NCBI GenBank assembly: GCA_964199315.1
Contig: OZ116703.1
Coordinates: 2,790,001-2,854,000 of the forward strand
Length of the DNA stretch: 64,000 nucleotides
Source: Orbicella franksi
Taxonomy: Eukaryota
Reading direction: 5' to 3'
Shown here: piece after piece, positions 1 to 14,400 of the stretch
Numbering within the stretch: the first letter of the stretch is position 1
Layout: each line of letters starts with the position of its first letter
Made by a program: the position numbers and the translations under genes
Notes under the pieces: generated by a model
What the model was told of the DNA's origin: nothing
The model's input: only the letters and a program-made list of their open reading frames with translations
Databases searched by the model: none

Positions 1-1421
1 TCATACCATAGCTTTGTCCATTCATCACCAAACATTCCTTCCACAAGGGGATTAATCAACACAAGACTTGAAACATCGCTTTCAAACATCTGAGTGTAAA
101 ATCTTGCATTTACTGCCCCCAGCTCAGCTCCAACAAGTATGAAAGGTTTTGGCTGATCAGAGCTTAAAGTGAAGAGTCGGTGAAAATCCTCAACCATTCT
201 CTCGCTCGTTGATAACTTGCCTCGTTTTGACTGTTCTGGGTCTGACCAATTCACAAAAGGCCTGTCACTGAAGCCTAGTCCTGCTCTATCATAAACACAT
301 ACTCTGGCCACCTTGGAAATCTGAGGTGCAATCAGTGCCCAAGCATCAGATGATTTGCCTGTTGGCGCATCTAGAATTATTGTGGGTGGACCACGCCCTG
401 AGCAACCCATGAACAACTTCTGTTTCCAACCAATATCATACAATTCCCCTGGAAAGAAAGAATCAACTTTAATCACGTGACTAAGCCAAGTTTCACAGAA
501 CCGTGTATTTGTCTAATAAAAATAAAACACTTGCTGACTTTACAAAGAAATTTCTAGATTCTGAATCCATTGCCTGTTCTCTGACATTGAAGAATTTCTT
601 TTTCCCAGAATTTTTACCAATCCGAGGTAATGATGTCAAAGCTTAAAGATTTCAATGTGTAATGTGCCAGAAAATGTCCATCCCCACCCACAGAGGGTTT
701 TTTGGTTTGAAACCCTCTTCTCCCCCTCCCCTCCACCCAACCCCTTTGGAAATTCTGGTTTTGGATCATACTTTCCTTTCAAGATTTTGTCCCATAGGGG
801 AACTACATCAAGGTTTGCACATGCTAAGTTGAAAAGTTTGGCCTAAATTTTCTCAAGTTCGTCGTTTATAATCCATGTCAATCTTCTCCATCCTTAGCCA
901 CCCTTGTTCCTTTAGGGTTTAATGGCATTTCTGTGGTGTATTTCTTTTTCAATAAACTATTATTTTCAGGTTTCCTTCAATTTAAAGGTAATTTTGCACA
1001 TAGCCAAAAATAGCTCAAAATGCTGTGACTGAGCTCCTTAAGACTCTCCTATCCCTTGAAATTTCAAATAGCCCTCCTTGCGATAGGTATGGATATTTTC
1101 TGGCACCACACAATACTGACCAGGTGGTCTTAGCACCTCTCCCTCCCTGAACAATGCAGCATGATTGAGAAAACCAGGAATTAAAAGCACCAAGGAATAC
1201 TTCAGCAAACCCCACCAACTGCTGCTTGTCTGCGTCTGTTTATCAGAAACTTCTTTTTCAACTGGAGTGGTTGGCTGTATTTAAAAGAAAAGTAAGAGCC
1301 ATTCTCATTAGTAAGATTATATTTTTAAATAGTCAGTAAAACAAATACTTCAACGTATTATTTTGGTCATTCTTACCTGGATATGTTTCCCATTACTTTT
1401 TTCTGCTTTTCTTTGTCTCAT
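1..1421 (-). CDS. Membrane-anchored alpha/beta-hydrolase-fold protein, 5' part (coding exons 1377-1421, 1121-1274, 448 to beyond position 1)
   Basis: Manual splice: MRQRKAEKSNGKHIQ|PTTPVEKEVSDKQTQTSSSWWGLLKYSLVLLIPGFLNHAALFREGEVLRPPG|ELYDIGWKQKLFMGCSGRGPPTIILDAPTGKSSDAWALIAPQISKVARVCVYDRAGLGFSDRP...PFILVGAELGAVNARFY. GT-AG sites are phase-consistent (0,1). YDRAGLGFS is a typical abhydrolase motif, and there is an N-terminal hydrophobic anchor. Confidence 0.85.
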
Positions 1422-4400
1422 TTCTATAATTTTCTAGAAACAAAAACAAACGTTATTGTTGACATGCTCATGTTGAAACTTTTCGAGTTCTCTCAACCCA
1501 ACTTTCAAGTCCATCCCATCCCAGATTTTTCTCAAGTGATGAGTTTGCATGGAAATGGTAAGAATCGTGTGTTACATCAATTTTCTCACAAGGGATGAAA
1601 GAGGATAAGGCAGTTCTCTACCTCAAGGTCATGATTCTGACAGAAAAGGATGGCAGCCTATGAGAACACTGACCAATGCTGAACAGATCATTTGCAATTG
1701 ACATCATCACTGCCATGTTGGATGGCCAGTTACAACAGAATTCTAATAAGCCTTTTTTGTTCCTGTCATTCAACATGGCTGCCAGACTCTTTGTCAATTG
1801 AATCTCTCGCCAATGCAAACCAACTGTAAGCTATTATTGAGTTGGGTCAGAGTTTAATAAAATGTGCATGTCTGGCATGGTGCAAGTTTTCTCTTAGTTT
1901 TATGATCATTACAGGCGCATTACAGCGGATTACACGCCAACAGAATTTTCGAGTTTCAAATTAAAGAGGGATAATTTCAGACTGAACAATAATGCACTGT
2001 AACAGCATCATGCGTCGGCAAATGAGCTTACTGAGCTAAGAAACATGTAGAAATATTTACACACTGAATTAGCTTACAGCTTATGGTCGTTTATGATCAC
2101 TGAACAGTTCAACTGTGAGTTCTAAACCTAAATCATCGTAAGTAACGTATTCTATTACACTAAGTCACTACCTGAATTTGATACAAAAAACAATTAAGGA
2201 CAAATTTGTACCATAAATTAAGCAACCACAACTCGGTCCATGGAAAACTCTCACCTTAGAACAACCAATCTTTGCTATTTTCCACGTGGTGCACGCTTTA
2301 CACAAAGACCAAAGCGAACAATAAACTTTACGCTGACCACTGTTTTCGGCTCGAAAGCAGATACTGTCCATTGTTGCTCGTTGCCAGCCCCCCTTCATAA
2401 AGGTTTTTGGATGATTGGTTGACCAGCGCGCGCTAGCTGGTGCAACAGATATCAAGGCAATTCAAAATTACAATGTGTAGTAAAACTTGCAAATAGAAAA
2501 CACTTTTTAAATGGAAAACGTATTGCGTGTAGACTGCGTGTAAATTATAGTATAATTATAGTATACATTAGTCAAGTGGTCAAAATTGCATGCCAGAAAA
2601 AGAAAATGCCGTAAAAAAGGGATTTACTATGTGAAGTCAATTAAAGACCGCAAGACGGAATAATCCAGCTAAAATCGTAGACGCAAAAGAAGCCGTACGA
2701 TAAGCCCAACCCCCCATAGTCTCTTGGACTATATTAGATTTTACTTTTAGTACAATTTCTTTTTATTGTCGTTTAGCCCTTTTCCGTAGACTTGTTTAGC
2801 ATTTTATATCGTTGCGAGTGTGGACACAGACTTTTGATGTTTATTTAGAAATAAATTCAAACGCCGGGCTGTGGAGCTTGCCTTGTCAATTTCCCACTGA
2901 TCTGTACACGACGAATATTCTTTGTGTTCCGCAAACTTTTGCAGACGCAACAATTCCTTAGGAATACAAGCCCATACAAGCACTTCCGATGATCTAAAGC
3001 TCTTCTCGGTTAATTAGCTCAGAACTTCAAAATTTCTGGATTTTATGGTATTTGACTTGTTTGCTTTCCCCCTTGCTATAAATGTCAGTTTAAAAAGCGA
3101 AGAAACACAGCCAGTGCAATCTTTGCATCTTTACCCTCTTTGCAGAGATGCCTTTGCCAGTCAAAAGTATATTATACGAGTTTCTACTTAGAAAAATTAT
3201 TCTTCACTCCATACACTGTTCTTAGTCTATTACAGCTCTTGATATTCATGAGGAAATACCGGCCCCACCTCTTTACATCACGTCTTACTCTAGTTCTAAT
3301 CTTCGGTATACTGCTCTTTATCAGGGCTATGATAATACTCCGTTTTTGCTGCGGTTCTTCAAAGGGGTTAATCCACTCGTGTGGAATCCGTCAATATCAA
3401 GTGTCTATTCGCGTGGAATAACTTAACTCAGTACACCAAAGACCAAGTTCAAGCCGACATAACCTCCGCGCTGAGCTCACGGAAAGAACTTCATCGATTA
3501 TAGGTAAGATCTGTAATTCAGTCAGGAGAGCTTTGTGATCACGTTTAGACGTGGTAAGTTTCTTGTTCCCTATCTAATTCAACTGAATTTTATTAAACTA
3601 CTGTCTGTATTAAGTGAACGTCGGTTTTGCAGACTTCTTTGCAGTTCCATGGCCTGAGCTATTTTCATCGAAATCGTCAAAAATAGTGCCCAGTTTATTA
3701 TCTTTCATAGTGAAAATTACACACCGTTTACTTAAGGTACTAAGCCCACATTTCGGTGTACCCTTTTCCGAAGGGGGTTTGCTCAATTGGTGCTTTCACA
3801 CAAGTATGAAATCAGTTTTTACCTGTTAGAGACAAACTGTATTTTATTTCATTTTATTTTATATTTTCACCACATCAGGGACACTAATATATCCACACTA
3901 AGGAAATTGCCGTGGGTTTGGAATGGCAGCTCGATTGTGCTCGTATTGGGGTAAGTACTAACTTCAAGTTTAACGATAATACTTCAACTACCTTTTGTTT
4001 ATGGCAACAGCTTAACAACGGGAGAAAGATATCCAGGGCGTTCAATTGGATCTAAAGAAGTTGGAGTAAGTTACAATATAAGTAAGCTTGACTAGATATA
4101 TATAGCCTGTCTCGTGGCGAGCGTGATGAGACTTTTCGGTCTCATTGGAAAGCCGGTCTCAGAAGGATGTGTGGAGTTGAGTAGAGCGAAAATTGCCCAA
4201 ATTGTCCTTGTTATGCATTCAGTTTTCCACGATTAGCTCAGACTGACGATTCAAACAATGATATGTAAATTCAGCCGCAAGCGCTGAAAAACCCACACTT
4301 ACTGCTGCAAAACAATATACACTATATTAGCCGTAAGTATTTCCAGTGGCTTAATACTCCAACTTTGACCCTTGTAACTTCTGCTCTATTGTCCCTTATT

Positions 4401-4504
4401 GTTTCGACAGCTTTCCTTTTCGAGTTCCTTTTTAGCTCTATTTTTGTGAGCTAAATATTATATATAGGCATAATCATGAATAGTTTTCATAGATCGTCAG
4501 CTAG

Positions 4505-7205
4505 CTATCTCCATGGATGCGGATAATAATAAACGTCAAAGTCTCGCAGATCTCGGAAGCGAAGGTTGTCCGAACGTTCGTGCGGTTTTGAAGTTATGTG
4601 ACGTAGCGGTGTCATGTAGTTCAGTACTTCCCAGTCTCTCTCGTTTTGAACATCAACGATTTCATCGACTATTGCTCCGTTTGACATCTCCCTGATGTAA
4701 ATTCGTTTTGGAAACTGAATATAAAGCAATAAAACGGGTTAATTAATATTGAATTAATAACTAAAACACTTTACCTTCCATTAAGCATCCTGACAGTCAG
4801 TCTGTCTCCTTAGCTTATAAAAAACTGACATTATTTTATTCAGATCGTTAAAAAAAAGGTGCTGAAATATTCCTTCAAAGTGTTACAGTATCGCCAGTTC
4901 GTAAAATATACGAATCATGAACGTCTTGAGAGGTGGTTCTTCATCAGATCAAACCAATTTTTCTGAATCATGTGAAATAAAACTCCATGCCAGAAAAAAA
5001 CCATAGTCAAATTACCTGTTATCCATTTTGTCTCAGCCATAAAAATTTGCATCAGTTGAGCTTCCCGAGACGGGTAGCTAGGGGGTGGGGACCCAGTCGG
5101 TGATCGAACCCAAACCACTTAGTCTGGAGTCGAAAGTGCAACCATTATGTGAGATTTTTTCTCTGATCAGGAGCAGGAGCAGGAGTCATCTTCAGGGACG
5201 AAAATTTAACCCTTTGACGCCCAAGTGGTCATATACGGCCACTTAATGGTCGTGCTCTTTGTACCACCTGTGACGTCATCAATTTAAATGTCATCAGATA
5301 TTCTTGATGAGCAGATAGTAGTACTAGGCTAGGCCTTTCCGCACAATGGTCAGGTTCAGATATCGACGACATTCCGACGTCGCAAATCGAAAAACAACGT
5401 TATCAGTTTTGGTGCAAAAACGGTGGTAAAATAGTCCACTACGCCTATGGTTGATCAAGGTTCATTTCTAGGCTTCGCCCGTAATTAACATCCAACTTTT
5501 CACGGCAGCCAGAAAGAACATTCAACGCAAAAGGTAGCCAGTGTAAAAGGGCCGAGAAAAACAGAAAGGAAAGGGGGCAACAAACAAAATTGAGAACGGT
5601 TAATGGCAAAAAAAAGTCCAAATTTTGGCCTATGCGCATGCCCGGAATTGAAATTTTGCTCAATTTTGTGCCTAATCCTCGAAAAAATCTCCCCTTTTAG
5701 TAAAAAAAAGCTTTCTTAGCAAAACTTAGGCTTATTTAGCGTCATGGCAGCTAAAAAAACCTGACTAAACGGTTAAAAACGGAATTTTTTGGCTAAAGTT
5801 TGATATCCAAAGGGTTAACAAACAAAACAAGTCAACAGAATCGACAAAACCGCTCGAGTAAGCAAAGTGCCAAATTATAGCGTTACAACATGGATGAGTG
5901 GCAATTCACGTAGAAGATGTTAAGAGGCATAATTTATGTAACAAATGTTGTTATTGGTATAAACTCGGTTTTAAACCTGTCAAAAACGTCCTCTATAACA
6001 CTTCATTTCAATAATCTGCTCTCTCAGTGTTCCACACTCTCTCTTACCCGTGTTCCTGTTAAATCATCATTCCTGGGACTGCAATTGATTGTTTCAGGTG
6101 TTTGATCATCCACCGTGTTTGTCTCACAGGCACGTGAGCGGGTTGACTTATCTTTGTCTTTTTCATCTTCTCGTATTGTGGCAGTCCGTGTAATGGTTTC
6201 TTCACTTTTATCTCTTCTACACGAAACTTTGCCCTTATTCTTGTCTTTCCATAAGTTATGATCCTCTTCAAACCTAGAGCTGTTTACAACAATAAAATGT
6301 GACAAATAGTTTTATACAGAATGTCTGTCTCTTTTGGGAAAATGCGACAAACGGAAATTATTAGTTTAGTAATCGTATTAAGATCAGCCTCAATTAACCA
6401 TGTTTGCACTTGCATTTTTCAATGATACTGAAGGTATCGTCTTACTAAAAAACCTAACACCTAAAAATTGCGTATACCTTCGAGGTTTAAGGCAATCTCT
6501 CCAAGCTCAGTGGTAACTCGAAAGTAACGGCGCCCCTAGCGCCTTATTTCCTTCCGGGTCATCCTGAGTATTTTGAACTTTACTGTAGCCCGTATGGCGC
6601 CGCGTCTTTGTGAAGCGGGCCTTGTTATTGCTTGCAATGAAAGGTTCAGATTCTTTACCTTGAAGAAAATCAGTTCTTTGTTATAAGCTAGCGAGAGATG
6701 ACTTACTGGCATAACATTCCTCTGTATAGTGCGTAACGTCTTATAGCGTGATTTGGAGGCGTGGCACGTGATGGGTTAACTGTGCATGCTTCAGTTGTCT
6801 GTCCTACGTTACGCGATGAAACTTTTCCCTGCGTTGTCTTTTCGAACGCTGCACCGGTTTTACATCTCTCTGAATCCTCAGTCACTTCTTCTTCGATAAA
6901 TGACCTATAAATTTTAACTTCTCGTAATTTCCTTAGCGTCGCCGATTTTTCACAGGATTTGGAAAGTGAAAGCCGGGTAGCGGAACTTTGTTTTCTTTTT
7001 CCATTGTCGTGTGTTGGGCAAGCCCACTCTTTACTAGTCTCTTTAAAGCGCTCAAATTGTACATGTTTCAAGCGCGAGCTGCCAATTGCTTTTTTCGCCG
7101 CATCTGTTGTTGTATTTGTCCTTTGTGGCATAACAGGGTGACGAACACCCTTATTTTTTCCAGTATCACATTGCGCAGAAAACATGCCCTCCCGTCGTCT
7201 GTTTC
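4505..7205 (-). CDS. Unknown protein, last three coding exons (6707-7205, 6048-6279, 4505-4714); candidate upstream exons 7958-8000 and 8658-8693
   Basis: Three open exons have canonical donors (GTAAGT, GTAAGA) and pyrimidine-rich acceptors that join in frame (phases 2 and 0): ...YALYRGMLC-H-SRFEEDHNLWKDK...DLTGTR-FPKRIYIREMSNGAIVDEIVDVQNERDWEVLNYMTPLRH...DFDVYYYPHPWR*. No domain recognised. The upstream exons (MEVQKAVRLRQD|VKYSDLLNDNSARK-G) fit in phase but are speculative. Confidence 0.65.
5210..5814. mobile_element. Non-autonomous piggyBac-like DNA element (~605 bp)
   Basis: TTAA at 5206-5209 and 5815-5818 flanks termini CCCTTTG...CAAAGGG (7-bp inverted terminal match). It lies in an intron of the unknown gene. 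Confidence 0.7.
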
Positions 7206-10200
7206 CTTGGAAATTCATCGCCAAAATAAGCAGTCCCACTTCATCAACATACTGATTCTACATTTCAATCATTTTCGCCTGGAAATTAAAGAAGGTCACT
7301 GTTATCACTATGGCAACAAGACATTGTGTGCGTCAAATTATTTCGCGCATTAGAATTAATGACGCGCGCAGTGCATGACAAACTAGTTTTCTACTGAAAG
7401 GTCTTCAAACATGACGAAGACATAAGTCAGACATGATTTTCTGGTCATGTTAGCATTGATTGTTAGCTTTACCACCTTTTGGCCTTTGATTGCGTTTGCA
7501 ATGAAGACAAAAGCTTTTATCTCTTAATTCGAGCCAGCCGGCAAGGCGGAGGAATCAATATTATTATTTTTTTTTTGATGGCGTTTACCGCTTTTAGAGG
7601 TCCGCGCGACCTATCTGTCATGCATTGTGAGGATAACCCTGACAATATTGAAATATTAATTAACCCTAAAATCATTACCCAACTCTAACACTTTGCTCAA
7701 GCATTAATCTTCCTTTTTTTGCGGCGCAGATGATAAACTACCAGAAGCTGTTTCTACATGATGTTATACTTGCCCTAACAGATAGCATTTTGACCGCCTT
7801 TCCGCTTTGATTCCTTTTCAACCACGTTAAAATGTTTCTCTTCGTAAGTTTTTCATTTTATGCATTGTTTATTTACAATTTTTTCCACTGTCACGACCGT
7901 GTTTCATTTCCGCTCAGTTTTTGTCGACGCATCAGTGAAACCTCGCTCGTGGTTGACCTTTTCGTGCCGAGTTATCGTTGAGTAGATCTGAATATTTTAC
8001 CTGTGAATCACGAAAGAAGGAACAGGTATAATCAAAGCTAATGGCGAAAATTACTGACCTCAGAACGACTGCTTGCTTTGTTTAAAATACGGGGAAAATA
8101 TACTGACAGTAATATTTTTTTCAACGCCGATCTTTTTTAATATGCATTCTGAGTTCATAGAAATACACCGCGGATTTATAGTGATCAAGTGAAATGACTG
8201 ACAACGATTTAAGAAATCGGATTAAAAGTAATGTTTTCTTACCGTACTAACCTCATCCTTGTGTTAATAAAAGCTTTTAGCTGGCATGGAAGGCCGAGTG
8301 CGGAAGCAGGGTCAGAGGCGATAAGCTGCCAACGACTTTCCTCACGAGTGATTATAATCACTTTTATTGTCTTGTCTTGTTTGATATCTTATGAACAAAC
8401 ATTCTCTTTGTGTGTTCTTCATTCCTTAGTAACGGTAATTTAAATCAGTTTGTTTGCGCTTTGTCTTCCGTTTGAAACAATTGACCCTTCAATGACTTTT
8501 TTTGTTATATTCTTGCAAACGGTCATCGGAAAGAAGGGTTTTCTTTTGTTACCGTCAGTTGTTAAAGGGTAACCTGGAAGTAGAGAACGTTCTAGTCACA
8601 GATGCTGTAAACAAATCGATGAAACACAGACCACAACCCCAGCTGATTTCTTCTTACATCCTGCCTAAGGCGCACAGCTTTCTGCACTTCCATTATTCTT
8701 TACAATTTCTTTGCTCCTTGAAAGTTGTAATAAGCAATTAATCCTGGAGAAATAAACTGCTCAAAGTAAACGCATGTGTCACTTGAAAGTGCACTGCGTA
8801 ATTTTGATTTGATTTGAAATCAAATGCAGAAAAAAAAAGTTGTTTTCACGTAAAAAGATATCTCAAGGTGTTCATTGTTGAACGTGAAAATGCGTGGGCA
8901 GTCATCGTCATAAAGTAGTCAGCGGAATTTCACTCATGCGCAATACCTGCATGTATTAATTTACCGCGATTGTTGTCGATTTACTTTGTACTCAATTTGC
9001 AAGGGTTTTTCATCTGCGAAAGTTTCGGAAGCGAAGCTCTCAACGGACTACATTAGATTTAGCATATTTTAGTTGCCACAGGAGGATTCATTCCCTTGAA
9101 AACCTCAGCCCACATAGCTTTCAAGTATACCTTACTTTCAGGTAAGTTTTCCCCTTTTCGCCGTTATCACTGGCCTTTGCATGAACGGTCCGCCGTTGCG
9201 ATATACGCTTTTTATCAATCCTTGTTCTAAAGTGTCGCATAGGGCGTATTCGCTTTGAATTTCTGACTGCTTGGCCTATGTTCAAGGAATTATTGCCTTT
9301 CCACAGCTATTTTAAGTCGAAATACGCGTTTCGTGTTGAATTTCGTGTATTTTCACAAGAGGAAATTGTAATACCCCGATCTTTCCTTCATGACGCAAGT
9401 GCTTTATAATTTGTCTACTGAACGCAAGAGTGGACAGCGAAAATCTTTATTGATTTGAACTTCATTTCATTTAGCGGAGCCTAGTTTAGTGAACGTAAGC
9501 CTTTCTGATCTTTTGAAATTGTGCGTTATCATCTTTGCGAAGAGAATTGGCACACGAGGGTATAAATTTCTTTGCCTTCACGCACGTTCATAGTTTGACT
9601 TGAAGAAGGAGAGAAAGGATTGAAATAAGAATAACATAATTATGCCTGAAGGTTTAAACAGCACAACATTTTCTGTAGAAAGACTAATTCGAACTCGTTT
9701 TCGGAGCCCTCACTAATTTGAAGTGTATGGCAGGCAGGTCGAGTCTACAAAAGGGACGTCGCCGAATTCTTTCAGAGAAGTACATATTGCTTGGCGAGGA
9801 AGAATGTTTATTGTTCTCGGTTTCTTTTAACGTTATGGGCTGTAAATGTTTATTGTCATGGTCATATGAATAGTAATTTTTTTTTTTAAGTGAGATTTTA
9901 TTTCCAGAGGTTGTAACAGCGAATGAAGCCGGGTTTATTCCAATTCTGTAAGCTCGTACCTCATTCGATTCAAGCCACTTTCTGTCCAGGTGACCACAAA
10001 AGCTTTTAAGCACACTTTCACGTGAATCAGGTCGAAAATGTACAAAATATAAAACTGTTAACTCTGTGCCTTCTATTTTCAACGTTTTTTCTTTAAACCA
10101 TTTCGAAGTTGTGAGGTAAATGATATCTCAAACTCCAAGCCTGTAGGCACAAGACCAATCTCATGATATCTGTTGTGGTCCCCTTTTTTTTTGTTGTTGT

Positions 10201-11424
10201 TTTTTCAAGACTCCCGTAGCTCTCTTCCTGTAAATGAAAATGTATTTCAAAAATTTATATTTCAGCTGTTCCATTTTCCATCTGTCCCACATTTTTTCTC
10301 TTCACAAACAAAACTCAAGGGGCAAATTAAATCTGAGATGTACAAGCTATTTCATATTATTTACAGGGCTCCTTTACAGGTCAAAGTTGGTGAAAGTGGA
10401 GATAAGAACATTACTTAAGCTTTCTGCCAAAGAAAATGTTTGGACGAATTGTTCTTATTTGCAAAGCTTTTTACTTTTTCCATGACTACTAATGTCAACA
10501 CAACAAGAACTCTAGAATTCTTTGCAGATTAAGCTTTTGCAGATGAGGGAAACAGTTAACCTTTTAACAATAAATGCAAAGAAAGAGTTGTCATAATTCT
10601 GATTGTAACTAACATAATTATTCTTTTAAGAGTTAAATTCTCATTCGTTTATTTAATCTTGTTTTGCAAAAACACAGTGTGGTGTTGTTGACTGCTGACG
10701 GCAGATTGTAGATTTTTTGTTTTATGTATTGTATTTCCATTGCTTGTATCTACAGCTAGCCATAAATAGGCATACTTGGGTTCATTCGGGTACCTTAAGT
10801 GGTGTTCAGGTTAACCAGAGCACTATTCAGTCAAATGAGGGTGCAGACTTTCTCTCCAGTTAACGTGAATAGCATTCAGAATAGCCTGAATAACACAGGT
10901 TGCTTTTTAGTCCGTCCTTCCCAGGGTTACCCGCAGCAGTGGCTTTCAGTGAAAAGAAAACTATCTGTCACAATCCTTTAGGAAAGATAAATAACAACCA
11001 CAATCAGCCAACTTCTCTAGCAATAAAGCTAGCTGCTTGAAAACTTTGTGAACACCCTGCTCCCATACAAATTATGAGAACTCTTGTTTGGACTCACCAT
11101 TATAAAAGAACAGCAAATTAAAAGTTCTTCTTTATTTGGTATCCGATAGATACAATTTGAGTGGCTGATCTGTATGTTTTACAATGTAAATCAGACATGA
11201 CCATTCCAAACACCAAGAAGTGAGTTGAAAGTACGATATGTGTAACAGCGTATTATGATGAACTTCAAGGGGTCTTGAAATGTGATGTTTAAAGCACTTT
11301 CCCTCTGAATCGCATGTGTTGCACCACCCCAACTTCTACTAGCTGCCTAATTTTTTTGGCTACATTATATCCATGTGTTTATAATTTGAAAATAATTTTG
11401 TGACTTATTTTGGTAGGTTTAAAG

Positions 11425-14400
11425 ATGGGTCAAAGTGACACTGAAAGTACATCGTCCTCCATGAGAGGAAATCCAGGTTCACCGCGAGACTTTTCCGTTC
11501 TCTTGGATGAACCCAACGGAGATATTTCATTATTTCACCATCCAGGTCCAATATCACCCTCTGCATCAACCTCATCTAGTGACACCAGTGAGCTTGATAG
11601 TTCTGTGATGATGGCTAATCAGACGCCTAAGCGCTCTGAGATTCCTGTTATTGACCTTACATCTCCAGACGAGGGTGACAACAGTACGGCAAGAGCACAA
11701 GGAGGTGCGGCAGCTGCTCCTCCATGGTGAGAATGTTTATGCTTTTGGGTTCCTTTATTCTTAAATTTTTATTTTTGTTTCACATTTCAGTTTACTGATT
11801 ATTTATACCATTTTTATTTCAGTGAGGACTTTGCACAATTTGCATCTAATTTCCGTTGGCGACTTCAAGCTCGCGAGTCTCGAGGTCACCGTGCACCTGT
11901 CAATGATCGTTTGCGTTCACGCCGGTTCCGAGGCAGGCATACCCCTTATACAAATCTGTGGGACAGTGTTTCCCCCCCTGGAGCCAGACGTGAAGCTTTG
12001 CTGGCAGAATTTGCTGACTTTACACCAAGGCCAGTTCCCTCTGGTGACAACAGCTCTCCTATTGTCATTGATGAAGAGGTATCCATTTTGTTGATTTGAA
12101 TTTGAATATTAATGCAATCTTCTTTTCAACTACCCAGCTCCTAAACTGTCTTATTTGGGCATCTGAATATCACTATTTTCAGGAGCATGTCCAAACTACA
12201 TCAGGATTTTGTAAAATGTCAACTGATTTATATATATGTACACTTGCCAGAGTTTTCCCGTAAAGAACAAGACATCACATCTGTATACACAAAATACTCT
12301 TGGAAACGATATGATAACTGTTGAATTGTAGTAGTTTGATTTAAAACCTGTCAAATTTATCATACATTTTGCTCTTTGATCCTCTTTAGTTATCCCCTGT
12401 ATTGAAAATGTCAAATTGTTCATGTAGAGAATACAGAAGGGAATTTTCCCTGTCTTTCTCAGAATTCTGGGAGGAACTGTCAGTGTAATTAAGTTATGCA
12501 GAAGAGTAAATATCAAGATTTGTTAATTATTTCCACAGCTTTCATCTTTTGCTCAACACCAAGTTCCACCTAATGATGCGCCCAGTTGGTTTCTATCTGA
12601 TAGACAGCATCGCATGGAGCGATTCCGTCGTCGCCTCAATGCATCCAGACAACCCACAAGATGTTACCTTCAGTCTGATGAAGCTCTTGCTCACAGATTA
12701 CAGCAGGTGACTTTTTTCAATCCACTCTTTTTTTTCACTGTTCTTCAGTAGCTGATAATAACAATAGGCTATTAAAATCTTGCGAGAAGTTCAAGCATTC
12801 GTACTTACAATTTTTTAAGGCTCTTGCAAGACAAGAGTCTCATTTCTCGATACGAGATGAGACTCTCAAGAGGGTGGTAACGTACTTTTGAGCAGTACTG
12901 TTTAATGGGCAAGACCCTTCTTCCAGTGCAAAGAGACAAACCTTAGCAGAAGGAGTATGCAGGGGCAATACATGTACTTTTGCTTTACTCTGCTGTTAGC
13001 AGTTTTAAAAACTAAGTATGTTGTCATGAAAGAGAGCATTTTTTTTTGTTTTAAGATTTATCTTAAAGGGAAAACACTGAGAGAAGAGAGTATTATCATA
13101 ATTGCAATCCTAGGGAGGATGCGATCCTCACACTTTACTGGAAGGTTCCCCTTCACTGTGGAGAAATTGCATTCAATAAAAATAACTGTTGTTTAAAGTG
13201 GTGTCTAGGAAGGTAGTGCTTTTCATGTGGCTGTAACTGGACACATGCTTCTCATGCAGCAAACTAATCTGTCATGTCAAGTAAGGCAAATAATCAAGAA
13301 ATTTGTATATTGACATATTTTCAGGCCGAGTATACCCGCGATGTGGAGGAACATGCTCATGGTGCTGGTGATTCAACCCAACCAGCAGCACCCAGGGTTG
13401 GCACGCTACATGCCATACCACCCACCATGGTAAGACTTGATTTACAAAAATTGTATTACAGTTGAACCTCTCCACAATGGTCAACTTGAGGACAGAAGAA
13501 AGTGGCCATTATGGGGAGGTCTGGGTGTAATATGACACCTGTTTTATTCAGGGTGGTGCAACATTTTCAGTTAAAAAAAATTGCTTATGGTAGCATTTAA
13601 ATATGTGACACAACCAAAATGTGTCAATAAAACAGAAACAGAGACAAACAATGTGACAACACACTTTCACAATAAAAAATAGAATTCTATATTCAATGTT
13701 CATCAGTCATTATTTAACTTGCCGTTGTGCAGCAGTTATTTTGATATGGACTTAAGTGGCCATTGCTGCTGCCTTTGCAGAGAGGCGGCCATTGTAGAGA
13801 GGTTAAAAATATAAGAGTTAATGTATGCACCATCGGGTGGAGCAGAAAAACTTTCTATTGTAGAGAGATGGCCGTTAATGGAGGTTTGACTGTATTTTTT
13901 CAGTGATCACCATCACCAAAATGACTGTTACCGTCAGTGGTAAATTTGCTTCTGAATTGTCTACCAGCCAGAAACAAACCTGTACGATTTTGGTGGGATG
14001 CAAATGTTTGTGTCACTGAGTCGTCCCTGCTATCCTAGTTGGATGTGGTAATTTGACTAGATACTATTATTTTCTTGCCCTTAGCCTCAGCCACCCCCAG
14101 TGCCATTGAGACGAAGGCGTCCATTCCATGCAGCTTTTGCTAGTCAAGCTTTACCAGATCTGCTCCTTCCTTTTGTGTGAGTACAATGTATATATTTTTC
14201 AAACAAGTTGTCATAAAAATTGTTAAGTTTCAAAATGCTGTTGCATGATGGTTTCAACTTTGGAAATTGTGTTTGAGCAACATACACTTCCAGGATTGCT
14301 ACAGGTTAGAAAAGTCAGGAAATTTAATAATTTTTTAGTCGTGGAAAATTGACATTTTGAAGGAAAGTCAGGGAAAATTGAAATAATTTGATATGGATGA

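Noticed and set aside
9684-10082. 132-aa minus-strand ORF
   Set aside because: TTG start, no recognisable motif, lies in the putative 5'UTR intron of the RING gene; probably chance.
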